The position numbers were made by a program, and so were the translations under genes. A stretch of DNA of 64,000 bases from Trichosphaerium sp. ATCC 40318 (lineage: Eukaryota > Protista > Tubulinea), in assembly GCA_038496445.1 (NCBI GenBank), contig JALMLS010000271.1, positions 62,001 through 126,000 of the forward strand, read 5' to 3'. The notes under the pieces were generated by a model. It had not been told where the DNA came from, did no database searches, and saw only the letters and a program-made list of their open reading frames with translations. Of the stretch, positions 52,070 to 62,980 are shown one piece after another. Position 1 is the stretch's first letter, and every line of letters begins with the position of its first letter.

Positions 52070-53333
52070 ATGCATCGCACAAAAGGTAATAAAAACCCGT
52101 GTGATTTAGCGTCTGATACATTAAATCAAAGGTAAACGTTTATGTTGATTGTATTGTTCTAAAATAATTTGTAGTACTCAAAAAACATTACTGGACATGC
52201 CTACTGAGATTATAGCGATTATTCTGAGTCACACAACCAAATCTCGATTTACGGCTTGTCAAACATGTCGTATCCTTTCTTCTATCATTCACGACATTAT
52301 TGGATACCATAGTATAAGTATAAAAACAGAAGAACAAGCAAAACAAGTTGTAAAGCATTGTGGAATCATTAAACACACAAAAATCAAAGTAGTATCAGTG
52401 ACAGATGAAGGAGTCAAAGCACTCACTGGTGTTCATACTATTGACCTTTCTCGCACATCAGTGACAGATGAAGGAGTCAAAGCACTCACTGGTGTTCATA
52501 CTATTGACCTTTCTCGTACATCAGTGACAGATGAAGGAGTCAAAGCACTCACAGGAGTTCATATAATTAACCTTTCTTCAACACCAGTGACAGATGAAGG
52601 AGTCAAAGCACTCACTGGTGTTCATACTATTGACCTTTCTCGCACATCAGTGACAGATGAAGGAGTCAAAGCACTCAAAGGAGTTCATACTATTGATGTT
52701 TTCTGGACATCAGTGACAGATGAAGGAGTCAAAGCACTCACTGGTGTTCATACTATTGACCTTTCTCGCACATCAGTGACAGATGAAGGAGTCAAAGCAC
52801 TCACTGGTGTTCATACTATTAACCTTTCTCGCACATCAGTGACAGATAAAGGAGTCAAAGCACTCAAAGGTGTTCATACTATTAGCCTTTGTCAGACTGC
52901 AGTGTCAGATAAAGCACTCCAAAGTCTTGTTGGTGTACACACAATTGACATAAAGGGTTGTGATAATATTACAGTAGAAGGAATCAAAGCACTCAAAGAT
53001 GTTCATGTGATTAGGATTGCACCAAAAGACTCCTGGCTTAGACATCTTTGCAATGTACACACTGTCAATATTGCTCTTGGGAGATATTTTACAAATGATG
53101 GAATTAAATCATTGACCAATGTCAAATACCTTGAACTTACCAATTGCCCCTTTATAACAGACTTGGGTTTTAAGACATTGGTCAACCTTGAGCGCCTCAC
53201 CATAGATTACTGTCCACAGATTACAAATGGTTGCTTGAAGCACTTACCATCTTTAAAACAGGTTGCAGGAGTGTACAACAAACTTACAAAAGCATATGTT
53301 GAGTCAATGGGTATCCAATATTGTGGACTGTAA
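52070..53333 (+). CDS. F-box/LRR protein with an expanded 63-bp repeat array
   Basis: Exon 1 MHRTKGNK...NQ, intron at about 52132-52173, LLDMPTEIIAIILSH F-box, then SVTDEGVKALTGVHTIDLSRT repeats. Confidence 0.88.
52395..52898 (+). repeat. Coding tandem repeat, 8 x 63 bp
   Basis: Unit TCAGTGACAGATGAAGGAGTCAAAGCACTCACTGGTGTTCATACTATTGACCTTTCTCGCACA repeated with few substitutions. Confidence 0.95.
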
Positions 53334-53494
53334 CTAGCTCAATTAGTTTGTAATTAGTTAAATAAATAGGCAATATTTATAAGCTATGGATACATCTAGC
53401 AGCTGTTGAGTCAATGGGTATTCAATATTGTGGACTGTAACTAGCTCAATTAGTTTGTAATTAGTTAAATAAATAGGCAATATTTATAAGCTAT
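53297..53494 (+). repeat. About 90-bp direct duplication of the LRR gene's last codons and 3' UTR
   Basis: TGTTGAGTCAATGGGTAT...TTTATAAGCTAT at 53297-53387 and 53404-53494. Confidence 0.9.
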
Positions 53495-53734
53495 TGTAAC
53501 GTTGTTTTGTCTATTGCACAATTTTCTAACTTTTGGATTGTTGAGAGTGACGGCATTAAAGTTCAGCATAAACAATACAGCATTCCAAAATAGTATTCTT
53601 TTCAAGTGTATGTTATAAATAGCTTCTCAACTTATCCCGACTTTGGTAACATACCTTCAAATTGGCACTGGTTTTTTTTGGGGAGATCCTCTCGAAGAGG
53701 GTAATTTCTTGTAGTTGTACTTTCAACTTTGATC

Positions 53735-53915
53735 CTTTTGTTTAGGTTTAACAGCAATATCATCAAGCATTTTAGTGGGCTCTTGTTGTGGTGATGGAAG
53801 ATACAGCACCTCTGTTGTTACCTTCTTTGATACTGATGTTCTAGCAGTAAGTCTTGGTATATCTGGTTTTAGTTCTGTAATTGTAGAGCCAGTAGCACCA
53901 ACGTTTGTTGATACA
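53735..53915 (+). pseudogene. Orphan last exon of the tandem-domain family
   Basis: TTAG|GTTTAACAGCAATATCA (GLTAISS)...GISGF...PVAPTFVD. Confidence 0.65.
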
Positions 53916-54025
53916 ACATTCTACTGACAATGTTTACAAACCAAAGAATTTCATTGCTCATAGTAAATGTCTTTGTGGTTTTTTTTTTCTATTTTTGTCA
54001 TTTATTTTTTACATTCTGTGTAACT

Positions 54026-54340
54026 TTACAAATACCCATTTTCCCTTGCATAGGCTAGCCAATCTTGTTTATTCTGTTGTCGTACGCCTGGGACATCCTT
54101 ATATATATCTCCGGCTATTATTGCTTCTAGAAGGAAGAAATAGAGCAAACTGTGTTCTTCTTGCTCGTACGACTTGAATATAGTTGGTAGAGCAGGTTTA
54201 CCTATCTCTACCATTTTTTTGAACGTTTCATGGTTTGTACGAACTGTAGCTCTTGATCTCATCTTAACGGTCTCGCAGTGTTTTGCCCATGCTGCTAGGA
54301 GCTTCTTTACAGTAGCTTCAACATTGTTTGCGTCTGTCAT
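54026..54340 (-). CDS. Small intronless helical hypothetical protein (104 aa), bacterial-like
   Basis: Clean ORF MTDANNVEATVKKLLAAW...HETFKKMVEIGKPALPTIF...DWLAYARENGYL. Confidence 0.7.
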   Translation of the reverse strand: MTDANNVEATVKKLLAAWAKHCETVKMRSRATVRTNHETFKKMVEIGKPALPTIFKSYEQEEHSLLYFFLLEAIIAGDIYKDVPGVRQQNKQDWLAYARENGYL

Positions 54341-54579
54341 TGCGTTTGAAGTATTATTGAACTGTTTGAAAAATTGTCCACGAAAAAAAATACTTTGTTG
54401 AATTTCTTTGAATAGTTTTTGGTTAGACAACGACTTAAATGGGGCAAACCCCAGGTTCGTTGGAGAATCTGTGTTGTACTCTATTTAATGAAACGGGATT
54501 TTTTTCGACAAAAACTCCATTTTTTAAAAGATCGCTCTGGCACGCTATCAAAAGGCACGTGTTAATAATAAAAAAGCCA

Positions 54580-55250
54580 CCTTGCTTAACAAAGGCACAA
54601 ATATAGAGGTGGATGATTGTACTTAAAAGCAGATATACCAAAGCCGGAGCATCAATATCAACGGCAGTAACTCCATCAGTGGTGATATCAATATGAATCA
54701 TTATTACTACACGGAAAGAGCACAAATTCGACAATACGAAACGCTTATGATTTCTGTATACGCTCTACCATTAAGGTAAGTGTTGTAACCAAAGTAGCTA
54801 AAAACTTGTTTTAGAAAAAGCGAAAAGAATTCAAGAGCTGTATGTTTAGTCACACCAAAATGTATGAGTTTGTCATATTCCAGCCAAACGCACCCGATAT
54901 GAACAAGACTTATCAACCTTCTAACTTCGCTTATGTTGGTCATTACAAAGTAGCAGGTAACGACAAGGTTTTCATAAAAACCACGTGGTAAATTTTCATA
55001 CTGTACAAACTGTTGTGTCTAGGTCGTTTACATTTGGCTGCATACCAGTTTCGTTTAACCCTCAGCTGAACAATATAAGCACAGTACCAATACTGTCGCT
55101 TCCAGAGGAAACCCTTTTATATCCATTTGAAACTGATGGCACTTTGGCGAACGATCTCGGGTTTGTGAACATGCCAAATGAAAACGAGTACTCTCAAACG
55201 TTTGATATTAGTAACAATACTCTTATGAGTGATTACACAAGTATGTTCTA
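54580..55250. pseudogene. Junction of a tandem-domain last-exon remnant (-) and a divergent family X fragment (+)
   Basis: Minus strand 54580-54705 IHIDITTDGVTAVDIDAP..GISAF; plus strand from 54706 YGKSTNSTIRNAYDFCIRSTIK|KKRKEFKSCMF...YEFVIFQP. Confidence 0.65.
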
Positions 55251-55953
55251 GTAACGTATTGGAAGAAATAAAATTATTTTCAGAAGAAACATCAGACAAA
55301 GTTGTTACGTGGTTGCGGAGATTCGCTTAATTTTTGCCTCGTGGACGTACGGGAAATAAAGTCATTATAGATGCTTCCACTATACTGTCAAGTACAAGAG
55401 GATGGTAGCTTAAAGTCGTAAAAACGGTTTAGAGCTTATTAATGATACAATAAATACAATCTTTAGGACATTTTTGGGTGGTATGTGTGATTGCTGCTAG
55501 CCATGTTGTTTAAGCATTGTCGGTTGTTGTTGTTATTGATTTATACGAAGTCAATTGAAGTTTACCCAAACGTCTGTAATGAAGTAAAACACGTGTACAG
55601 CCATTTGATGTTATAATTATACTATGATTAGATCATTCCGGTACAATGTGATTTCTAGCCTGTCACTTGATTACTAATGTATTCACCTTTCTCCGTGGTA
55701 CTAAACGGCAGCTTTTCAAACAAAGTACCTTTATCTAGGATCAAAAAACTTTGAAATCACGTGATTAATAAAGGAATATGAAAAGATAGTTGAAATAATA
55801 AAGACACTCTAGTATGCACAGTATTGTTGATTTTAACAGGATTTACTTTATTTGCTGGCCCAGCGGTTGGATAGGCAATGTTGCTTCACAATCTCTTTCT
55901 TAGGACAAGAATATAAACCTGGTAAAGTGATGCTGGACTAGCAATCTTCGGCC

Positions 55954-57784
55954 TTACAATGTAAAAAATAGAATGATGATCAGTAATGCAATACAAACAG
56001 TAAGTGTTCGACTGCTACACTTGAAAACCTGTATATTGAGAGTCGATAGCAATGAAGATGATCTTGTTTGACGAAGGCATTGGTTTGAACGCAATAGAAC
56101 CATTGGTGAGATTTCTGTACATTCTTTTAGATGTGACAACATAATTGAACCTGCCTACAAACATATGCTTAAGTGTTTCATATAGGATATTTGAGTTGGT
56201 ACCTCAATTGATGTTGCATCGATGCTAAAAGTGCCGAAGATACAGTTGCCCACTTCAAATATTGTATTTGTTTTGCTCAGTTGAAGTGTTGTGTTATTGA
56301 ATCTAGCTGTGCCTTCAAACGTATATTAGATTGTAAAGATTCCTAATGCTCAAAAACAACAATTGTACCATCAACAGAAACATCAAAATCGAGTACAACA
56401 ACACTGTCAGTTGGTATAAAATCTAACAACAAGAGTTAGTAACTAACACTTGGTCTTTAAGTTGAAACAAACCTGTTTTTGGAGCATCAGATGGAGTATC
56501 TGTTGGCGTGGATGTAGGTAAAACTGATAAAATATTAATATTTCTCAACTACATTACATACGTGTTGGAGGAGCTGGTTCAATCTCACATATAAAGCGAA
56601 ACTGTCTATCGCATGTTACATCATGCCATGTTAAAATTCCTGTTGTGTGGTTCCGCATAATTACACAATTTTCCTCGCTTGTATTGGAGGATTGTGGTTC
56701 GTTCGGTCCAAACCACGGGGATACATACAATTCATCCCCAAAATCACGTGGTTCATTCGTTACTGCCTAAGTGTATATCCGTTAATCATACAACTCGGAA
56801 AAATATAATAGTACCCATTGAAAGTCAAGGTGATATCTGTATCCACTTGTCAAGCCAATTACTATAGAGGTTTTGAGACCGTCTTTAGGGAAAATACTTG
56901 TAATAAAATCAAACTCTGCAGCACTGTTGATTGTTACAAGGTATCCATTTTGTTGTAAACAATACGCTAAGATTATTATTGTAATTAGAGTATATAATTT
57001 GTATATAATAGTACCTTGAGCTTCAGTCCATGATAAATACAAACCAATAGAGTTGTAGCAATGACCTGTGATCTGCTTTAAAAAAAGGGAGAATACTTCA
57101 AAAACAAATTTTTCGTTTATATTACCTGAATCGTTGTTGAGGTGCTCACAAGGTACGTTATCCGATATCTCTACGCAAGGCGTTGCTTCTAGTAGACCAT
57201 TTATATAGGGAGCTTCACAAACGAAATGATCTGATGTACAACTATTTTCTACGAACTATCAAAAAGATTAAAAAAAACGTCAACAAATTTTTTTGTGAAA
57301 ACATTGTACGCCTCCATCGAGTGTAGGACAGTTGGTATCATCAATGACACTTCCTCTATATTCAACCAGTTGATTCATAGCGATGATATTGACAGGCGAG
57401 TTATCATACCAAAAGTAATTAAGGCTGTTTGAAGTGGTAATATTCAAACGTAATCGCTATTTAAACCTGTTAAAACAAACACGTGATGGGAGATTCAAAA
57501 AAGATTAAAATATGTGCGCTCTCGTACGGGAAATAAAGTCATTATAGACGCTTCCATTATACTGTCAAGTACAAGAGGGTTGAATCCTACGAGAAAATAA
57601 ACAATTAGGGAAAATAAAGGTACTTTCTAATAGAAAACTTACCCATTTCGCACGAATCGTTGTCTGTGTCATTATGGAGCGTGTATATTGTATTTTCCCA
57701 AGTACATCTTTTAACAACTGCGCACTCGCAGTTGGATATGTAAATAACCATAAACAGTGCGAACCAGGCAAGTCTTGAAGTCAT
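55954..57784 (-). CDS. C-type lectin domain cell-surface protein (signal peptide, degenerate plus canonical CTLD, hydrophobic C-terminus)
   Basis: MTSRLAWFALFMVIYISNCEC signal; CY..LSWTEAQ|AYCLQQNGYLVTINSAAEFDFI...IGL...FQW...NEPQ...ENCV...WHDVTCDRQFRFICE; ends IALLIIILFFTL* (3' end uncertain). Confidence 0.8.
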
Positions 57785-57881
57785 ACTGGAAGCTTGTTTG
57801 AAAGTCTACTTTACCGGAACTTGCTTAAGTGCACTTAATATTATCTAAGTTACAACTCCGAAACGATACCAAATTGATTAA

Positions 57882-59460
57882 CCTGGATCTCCGTTTTTCC
57901 ACGACAGAATTGTTCTCCCGCAGTTCAGAGAATACCGGCCAAAGGAGTCGTCATGAAAAATCACAAAAAAAAAAAAACTGCCATAAATTTATTAGAAGGT
58001 TATTTTCCTGTCCCTGTGAGAAGCAATTCTGTTGCAATTTCGTGTAAAAAACCTTTGGGAGTAAGGGCTCCGTCTTGGCACTTATACAGAATAAAAGCAT
58101 TTGTGAGGGTGTAGTAAAACCAACCAACAAGAAGTGTCATGTGTCATTTTTTGAACCGCCTATCTGTACAATAGGACTTGACCAGCTGGCCAAATTGATC
58201 ACTATTTCCCTTGGTGTCATCATTTTTAGTTTTAAATATACCTTTTCTTGCTACTGTCAAATGAACTTTTGTCATCATGCTCACAGTAGAGAGTGGTGGC
58301 CAACTTTACGATTTCATTGTTATTTGTTGCAACGGCAACAGTTTTGTCCAATGGTGCCAATCTTGTGTATCCCACAGGCACTTTTTTTGCAAGTGATTGC
58401 TTCAAGGCCACTGACAGTGGTTGGTATTACATGACGAAGTAGCGTCTAAGTCAAATTCCCCCGGCTTGTTGAGATCCATGGCTGAACAAAAATTAGAGTC
58501 ACATGTAAAAAAATGGCACCTTCCAATTGTTTTTGACCATTTTGCACATGAAAGAAGGATTTATTTGGTGTGAGATGAGGCTATATCAAAGCGTTGATAA
58601 ATTCAATCAGATGCCTGGTTCGAATCATCGAGACACTTCAACTCTATGGCCCATGCGTATGGTTTCTTAATGTTGTGAGTTTTTATATGGCAATTTAAAT
58701 ATTATGACGGAATACAGATTTCATCAACACAAGTGAAATAACCTGGTACCATGTGGTGCTAAAAGACAATCACTAGAAATGAATGTACCATGTTAGCATC
58801 AAATTTCATGTTGACAGAGATGTTGAAGTAGTGATTAAGTAGCAACAAACCTGTTTTCCCAGTAAATAAAATTTGTGCTTCACCTGTGCTCCACAATGTG
58901 CGAATATTCCGTATTCCAATAATCCCATGCCATATCACTATGCCAGAGAAGTTCGTCATATGGGTAGTGATCCCATTTTATAGGTCAGTGTGATGTTGTT
59001 CATATGTGCTTGTGAATAACAAGTTTTCAAAAATCTTATTATCCCACTTGAAGGTGAAAAATGCCATTGGTGTCTTGGCTTTTCCAATACCAATAATGTT
59101 ATGTTGGTTTGTAAGTTTAGTCCAAACGTCTAACTCGGGATAGTCAACATAGGTAAATCCGTAAGGCTTCAATGCTGCTGTCAAAATCGGAGCCCAAAGA
59201 AATATTAGTTGCCAGTATCGCAGATGTTATGAAGTACATACTGTATGGATTCTCTGTTTGACCGTTTCAATACGTGCTACTTTGGGCGTTTGCCATAATA
59301 CTTGGAATAGACGCGTCGTTGTTGCGACATTGGGGAGTTACGTATTCTTTATTGTGAAATCCACAATTTTTGGGTTTACAACAGTTGACTTTTTTGATGA
59401 CGACTCGATGGGCCGGAGTTGAAAAATCAGGCACAATGCGTCAAAAACGGGATGAGCACT
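57882..59460 (-). mobile_element. Decayed piggyBac-like DNA transposon (about 1.6 kb; transposase remnant about 58000-59300)
   Basis: Stop-riddled translation PGYFTCVDEICIP, KKPYAWAIELKCLD, FFTCDSNFCS, NSDQFGQLVKSY..RRFKK*HMTLL...TNAFILY; TTAA at 57878-57881; imperfect inverted repeats CCGGCCAAAGGAGTCGTCATGAAAAA (57935) and TTTTTGATGACGACTCGATGGGCCGG (59391). Confidence 0.8.
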
Positions 59461-59598
59461 AAACTGCCTTGTTGGCATTTATTCTTCTTATTTATAGCAA
59501 CGAGTGCAAATCTGACGAAATTAAAGGGTGTACATGGCGAGAGAAAGAAGAGCAATAACCAAGACATTTCATATTTGGTTTTCATCTTCGAATATCAC

Positions 59599-60150
59599 AT
59601 GACTTCAAGATTTACCTTATTCTCGGTGTTTGTGTATTTACATCACCACAAGCATTTGCGCAGTTGTTTCGAGGTGTACTAGGGAAAATACAACCTATGT
59701 CCTTCGCAGTGACCCAGAGTTTGCGAGAAAGGTAATTTAGGATTTACAAAATTAAGCACCAACACAACGGATTTTTCTTTTGCAATCTTCTTTAGGCTTC
59801 CTCTTAAAATACATAGTATTATGGAAGCGTCTGTAATGATTATATTTCCTGTACGTTGCCCGTCGAGAAGAATAACCGTTAAATATTTATCATGTGCTTT
59901 TTTCAAAAGTATAACACGCGTGACATTCGAGTCTTCGTTTGGAGAATAAAAACAATTAATGATGATTGTTTTTGGTGTGATGACTCACTTGTACATCGAA
60001 TTACCATGATCAAAGAATACCCTGGTACTAATGTTGATAGTTATAATTGTCCTAAAATGGGGTGAGTACCTGCCATTACACATTTTTGTAGAACAAAAAC
60101 TAATTCATTGTTGTGCGAAATCCAATTGATAGCTACGTTGGTCCCCACTT
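59599..60150 (+). pseudogene. Frameshifted paralogue of the 5' part of the C-type lectin gene
   Basis: ATGACTTCAAGA start, CAVVSRCTRENT and SIMEASVMIIFP match 57784-57520; another fragment lies at about 55300-55530 (-). Confidence 0.65.
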
Positions 60151-60476
60151 GAAGAAGAAAACAGAAGACTCAAAAAGTACTAATACCATGTGCATATCAA
60201 ACACAAGATAATAGTCAACAATGGCAAGAATTTAAAGGAGACACTCTGTAACATTCAATAATAAAAAAAACACCAAATTACAATCTCTTTGGGATTCCGC
60301 CAAAAAGAGCCTTTCCCCACTATGACAAAAAATTGTATGAACACCCGCTAATAGCTTTAAACATTAATCTGTAACTCTTGTTGATTGAGACAGACAACAG
60401 GTCTAGGAGACGTAACCGATTTTTGTAAAATCAAAAGCCATACATTCAATTGGTTATCTGTTTCAATTGTACTGGC

Positions 60477-60700
60477 AAAAAGACAATCTTGTCGGTATAA
60501 GACGACGCCCATGTTGCAATGGGGAACCCTCAGCGTCCACGGTTAATGAACGGTGCCGGAAATATGATGGCTTACATTCACTGGGGTTGTGAACGGTAGG
60601 ATGGAGTATATCAAAGCCATATAGTTCTTCGCTCAAACTGACGCTTTGGATAGTGCACCACGTTAACAGTAGCCGCTTTCCTTCGCCGATACCATACAAC
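60477..60700 (-). ncRNA. Candidate structured non-coding RNA (about 215 nt), family unidentified
   Basis: GC-richer intergenic island with terminal stem TTGTATGGTAT/ATACCGACAA, several internal helices, no T4 run inside and TTTTT about 8 nt downstream. Confidence 0.35.
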
Positions 60701-60862
60701 CAAAATCGAAAACTCACGTGTAATATAGCCTCTTCTATTTATAAGTATTAACATGTGATTTGCTTTGTTCATACACTAAACAACACATAGGTTATTTTTG
60801 AAATTTTTTATTTTTTTTTGATGAACACATCCGAACCGGTTCGTTTTCTTTCTTTTTTCTTA

Positions 60863-62980
60863 TTAATCGTCATCATCGTACACCTCTATAAACGGCTCTT
60901 TAATTTTTACTGACTTTATGTCTGCTGGACCATCAAATCCTGAATGTCTGGGATTACCCGAACCACCATAATGCGATACACGTTTGGCTTGCTTCTCTTT
61001 TTCTTCAATAAGTTCTTCAATCGCTGCTTTTTCTACTTTTTTAGGTAACAATGCCTCATTAATACCACCGGGTATTTCATCACGTGAATATCCTAACATA
61101 TCCTCATAGTATATTCTCTTTTGTTCTTCAAATGGCATCAAGATACCATCTCCTGAAGAGCTGTCAAACGGATCAAGTATACGATCATCTGAAGGTGATA
61201 GTTCTTTAAAGAGAGCTTGATCAGATGTCTCTCCTTGGATTGCTGTAGCAATCATATTATTGACTATAAGAAAGAGAGAAGTGTCAGTAACAGAAGGGAG
61301 AAATGTGTAGAATGAAGGAGCAAAGAAATAGATTTGTGTAAAAAAGACGTACTGCTGTTGCATAAGGTAAAAGCATCATTCTCGTACTGACATTCATGCA
61401 TCTGGTAATTATGTATACCAAGGCACTTATCTAAATCAGATAGCTCATCAGGACATAGTGCAGATCCTATAATTAGTTGTTATTGGACAGTTTTAAGCAA
61501 CAGAACATGGCTATGAAAAAAGATAAAAACGAGAAGTTAAAAAAAATCACGGTTTTTTTATGTCACAGCCATTAACAACACGCATTATACTTCACTTGTG
61601 AATACACACGCGTAATATTATTGTGTAATTATTTCGGTAGGTTTTTATACTTTTAAGTAGTTGTCATGGAGTTGGTGTACTCTAAAAAAGAGACAAGAAA
61701 ATCTCGACTCTGTTTCTGTGAAGAAAAAAAGAAAAGAAAAAAAAATTAGTTTTCAGAATGACAAAGAACGCGACATATACATTTTTAACACATACCTATT
61801 CTCATCATAACTCCTAAGCTGTCATACTCACTTTTGTACTTAAGCAAAAAGTAAGATAACTACAAAACGAGTACTAAAACAACAAAAAACAAAACAGAAA
61901 AAAAGAAAAAAAAACTCAACTAACCGCCTCGTATCTATCTCGTAATTGTGTCCTCCCCATTCTTTTTTGTGCCTTATCCCTCATCTTTGGTATAATAGAT
62001 ATTAACCTATCCTCTTCTCCATTGTTTACTGTAATAGATCCCTTTTGAGGCCTTAAAGAGATACATTAGCAAAGGAGTAAACAACAAACAAATTTGCAGT
62101 AAAGAAAGTTAAAAAAACTTAGCATAAATGTTGTACGTACACTGGAGGTATATTACCCATTAATTTATCATGACGGGATTCTGTTTCTGCAACTAACTTA
62201 TCTCGTAAAGCTGTACAATCCTTTGGATTTCTAAATGACTAATGAGGCGTCGAGTTTCGACAAGAAGACGAAAATGGAAAAGAAAAAAAAAATGGAAAAA
62301 AAAGAACAAAGCCAAAGCACAAAACAAAAGCAATGAAATTGATCTGTATCTATTGGAACCAATGCAAAGTATAGTATATAATGCTTTAAGCGTATAATTG
62401 GAACAAAATAGCCGCAAGGAATGTCAAGACTTAAAAAAAACGTTTAACCTTACCTGACATTATTCAAAAAGTCTATCTCTTCTTCTGCTTCGCAGTCCCT
62501 GAACTCCCAGTATAGCTTCGTTGGTACTAAACAGATTTAAAAACAAAAGTACAATAAAACGGTCCAAAGTTGTTTTAATGAGAAGTCGTTAATGTATTAA
62601 AGCGTAGGAGATGTTTTATTGTTCGTTTAACGGACCTAGCCAAGGTAAAAAGCATTTAAATGAGTCTTCTATTTGTACTGTGCATGCCTGCATTATTTGT
62701 TCATCGTCTAAGCCTAACGTGGTGAACGAATCGCTGAAAAACATGTTAGCCGCATTGAGTTCACAAAACGTTGCCAAGTACATAAATTACTAAACGTACT
62801 AGCAATCTTGCTCCTCTAAAGCCATTCTCGCACATCTGTCCAGTTCAACCTGTGCTAGTCTTATATTACGTTACATTTGTGCGTATGGAAGGCGTAGATG
62901 TGATAATTACCTTTCTGTTTGTTCAATATTTACAATCTTGTTAATTTCGCTGTCATAAAACGTAGCGTCATCTAGCATGA
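60863..62980 (-). CDS. Multi-exon hypothetical protein with acidic C-terminus (5' exons unresolved)
   Basis: Terminal exon ...GILMPFEEQKRIYYEDMLGY...EVYDDDD* and several GT-AG-bounded exon-like blocks upstream; no family recognised. Confidence 0.45.

Noticed and set aside
52395-52898. CRISPR-like array
   Set aside because: These are contiguous in-frame coding repeats with no unique spacers, in a eukaryotic context.
5870-53333. Endogenous giant-virus segment
   Set aside because: No NCLDV hallmark genes were seen; the repeat genes are interspersed with intron-rich host genes and some have 5' spliceosomal introns.
60580-60590. Telomerase RNA based on a CAACCCCA template-like motif
   Set aside because: The match is short and lies in a hairpin, no template-boundary motif was recognised, and the organism's telomere repeat is unknown.
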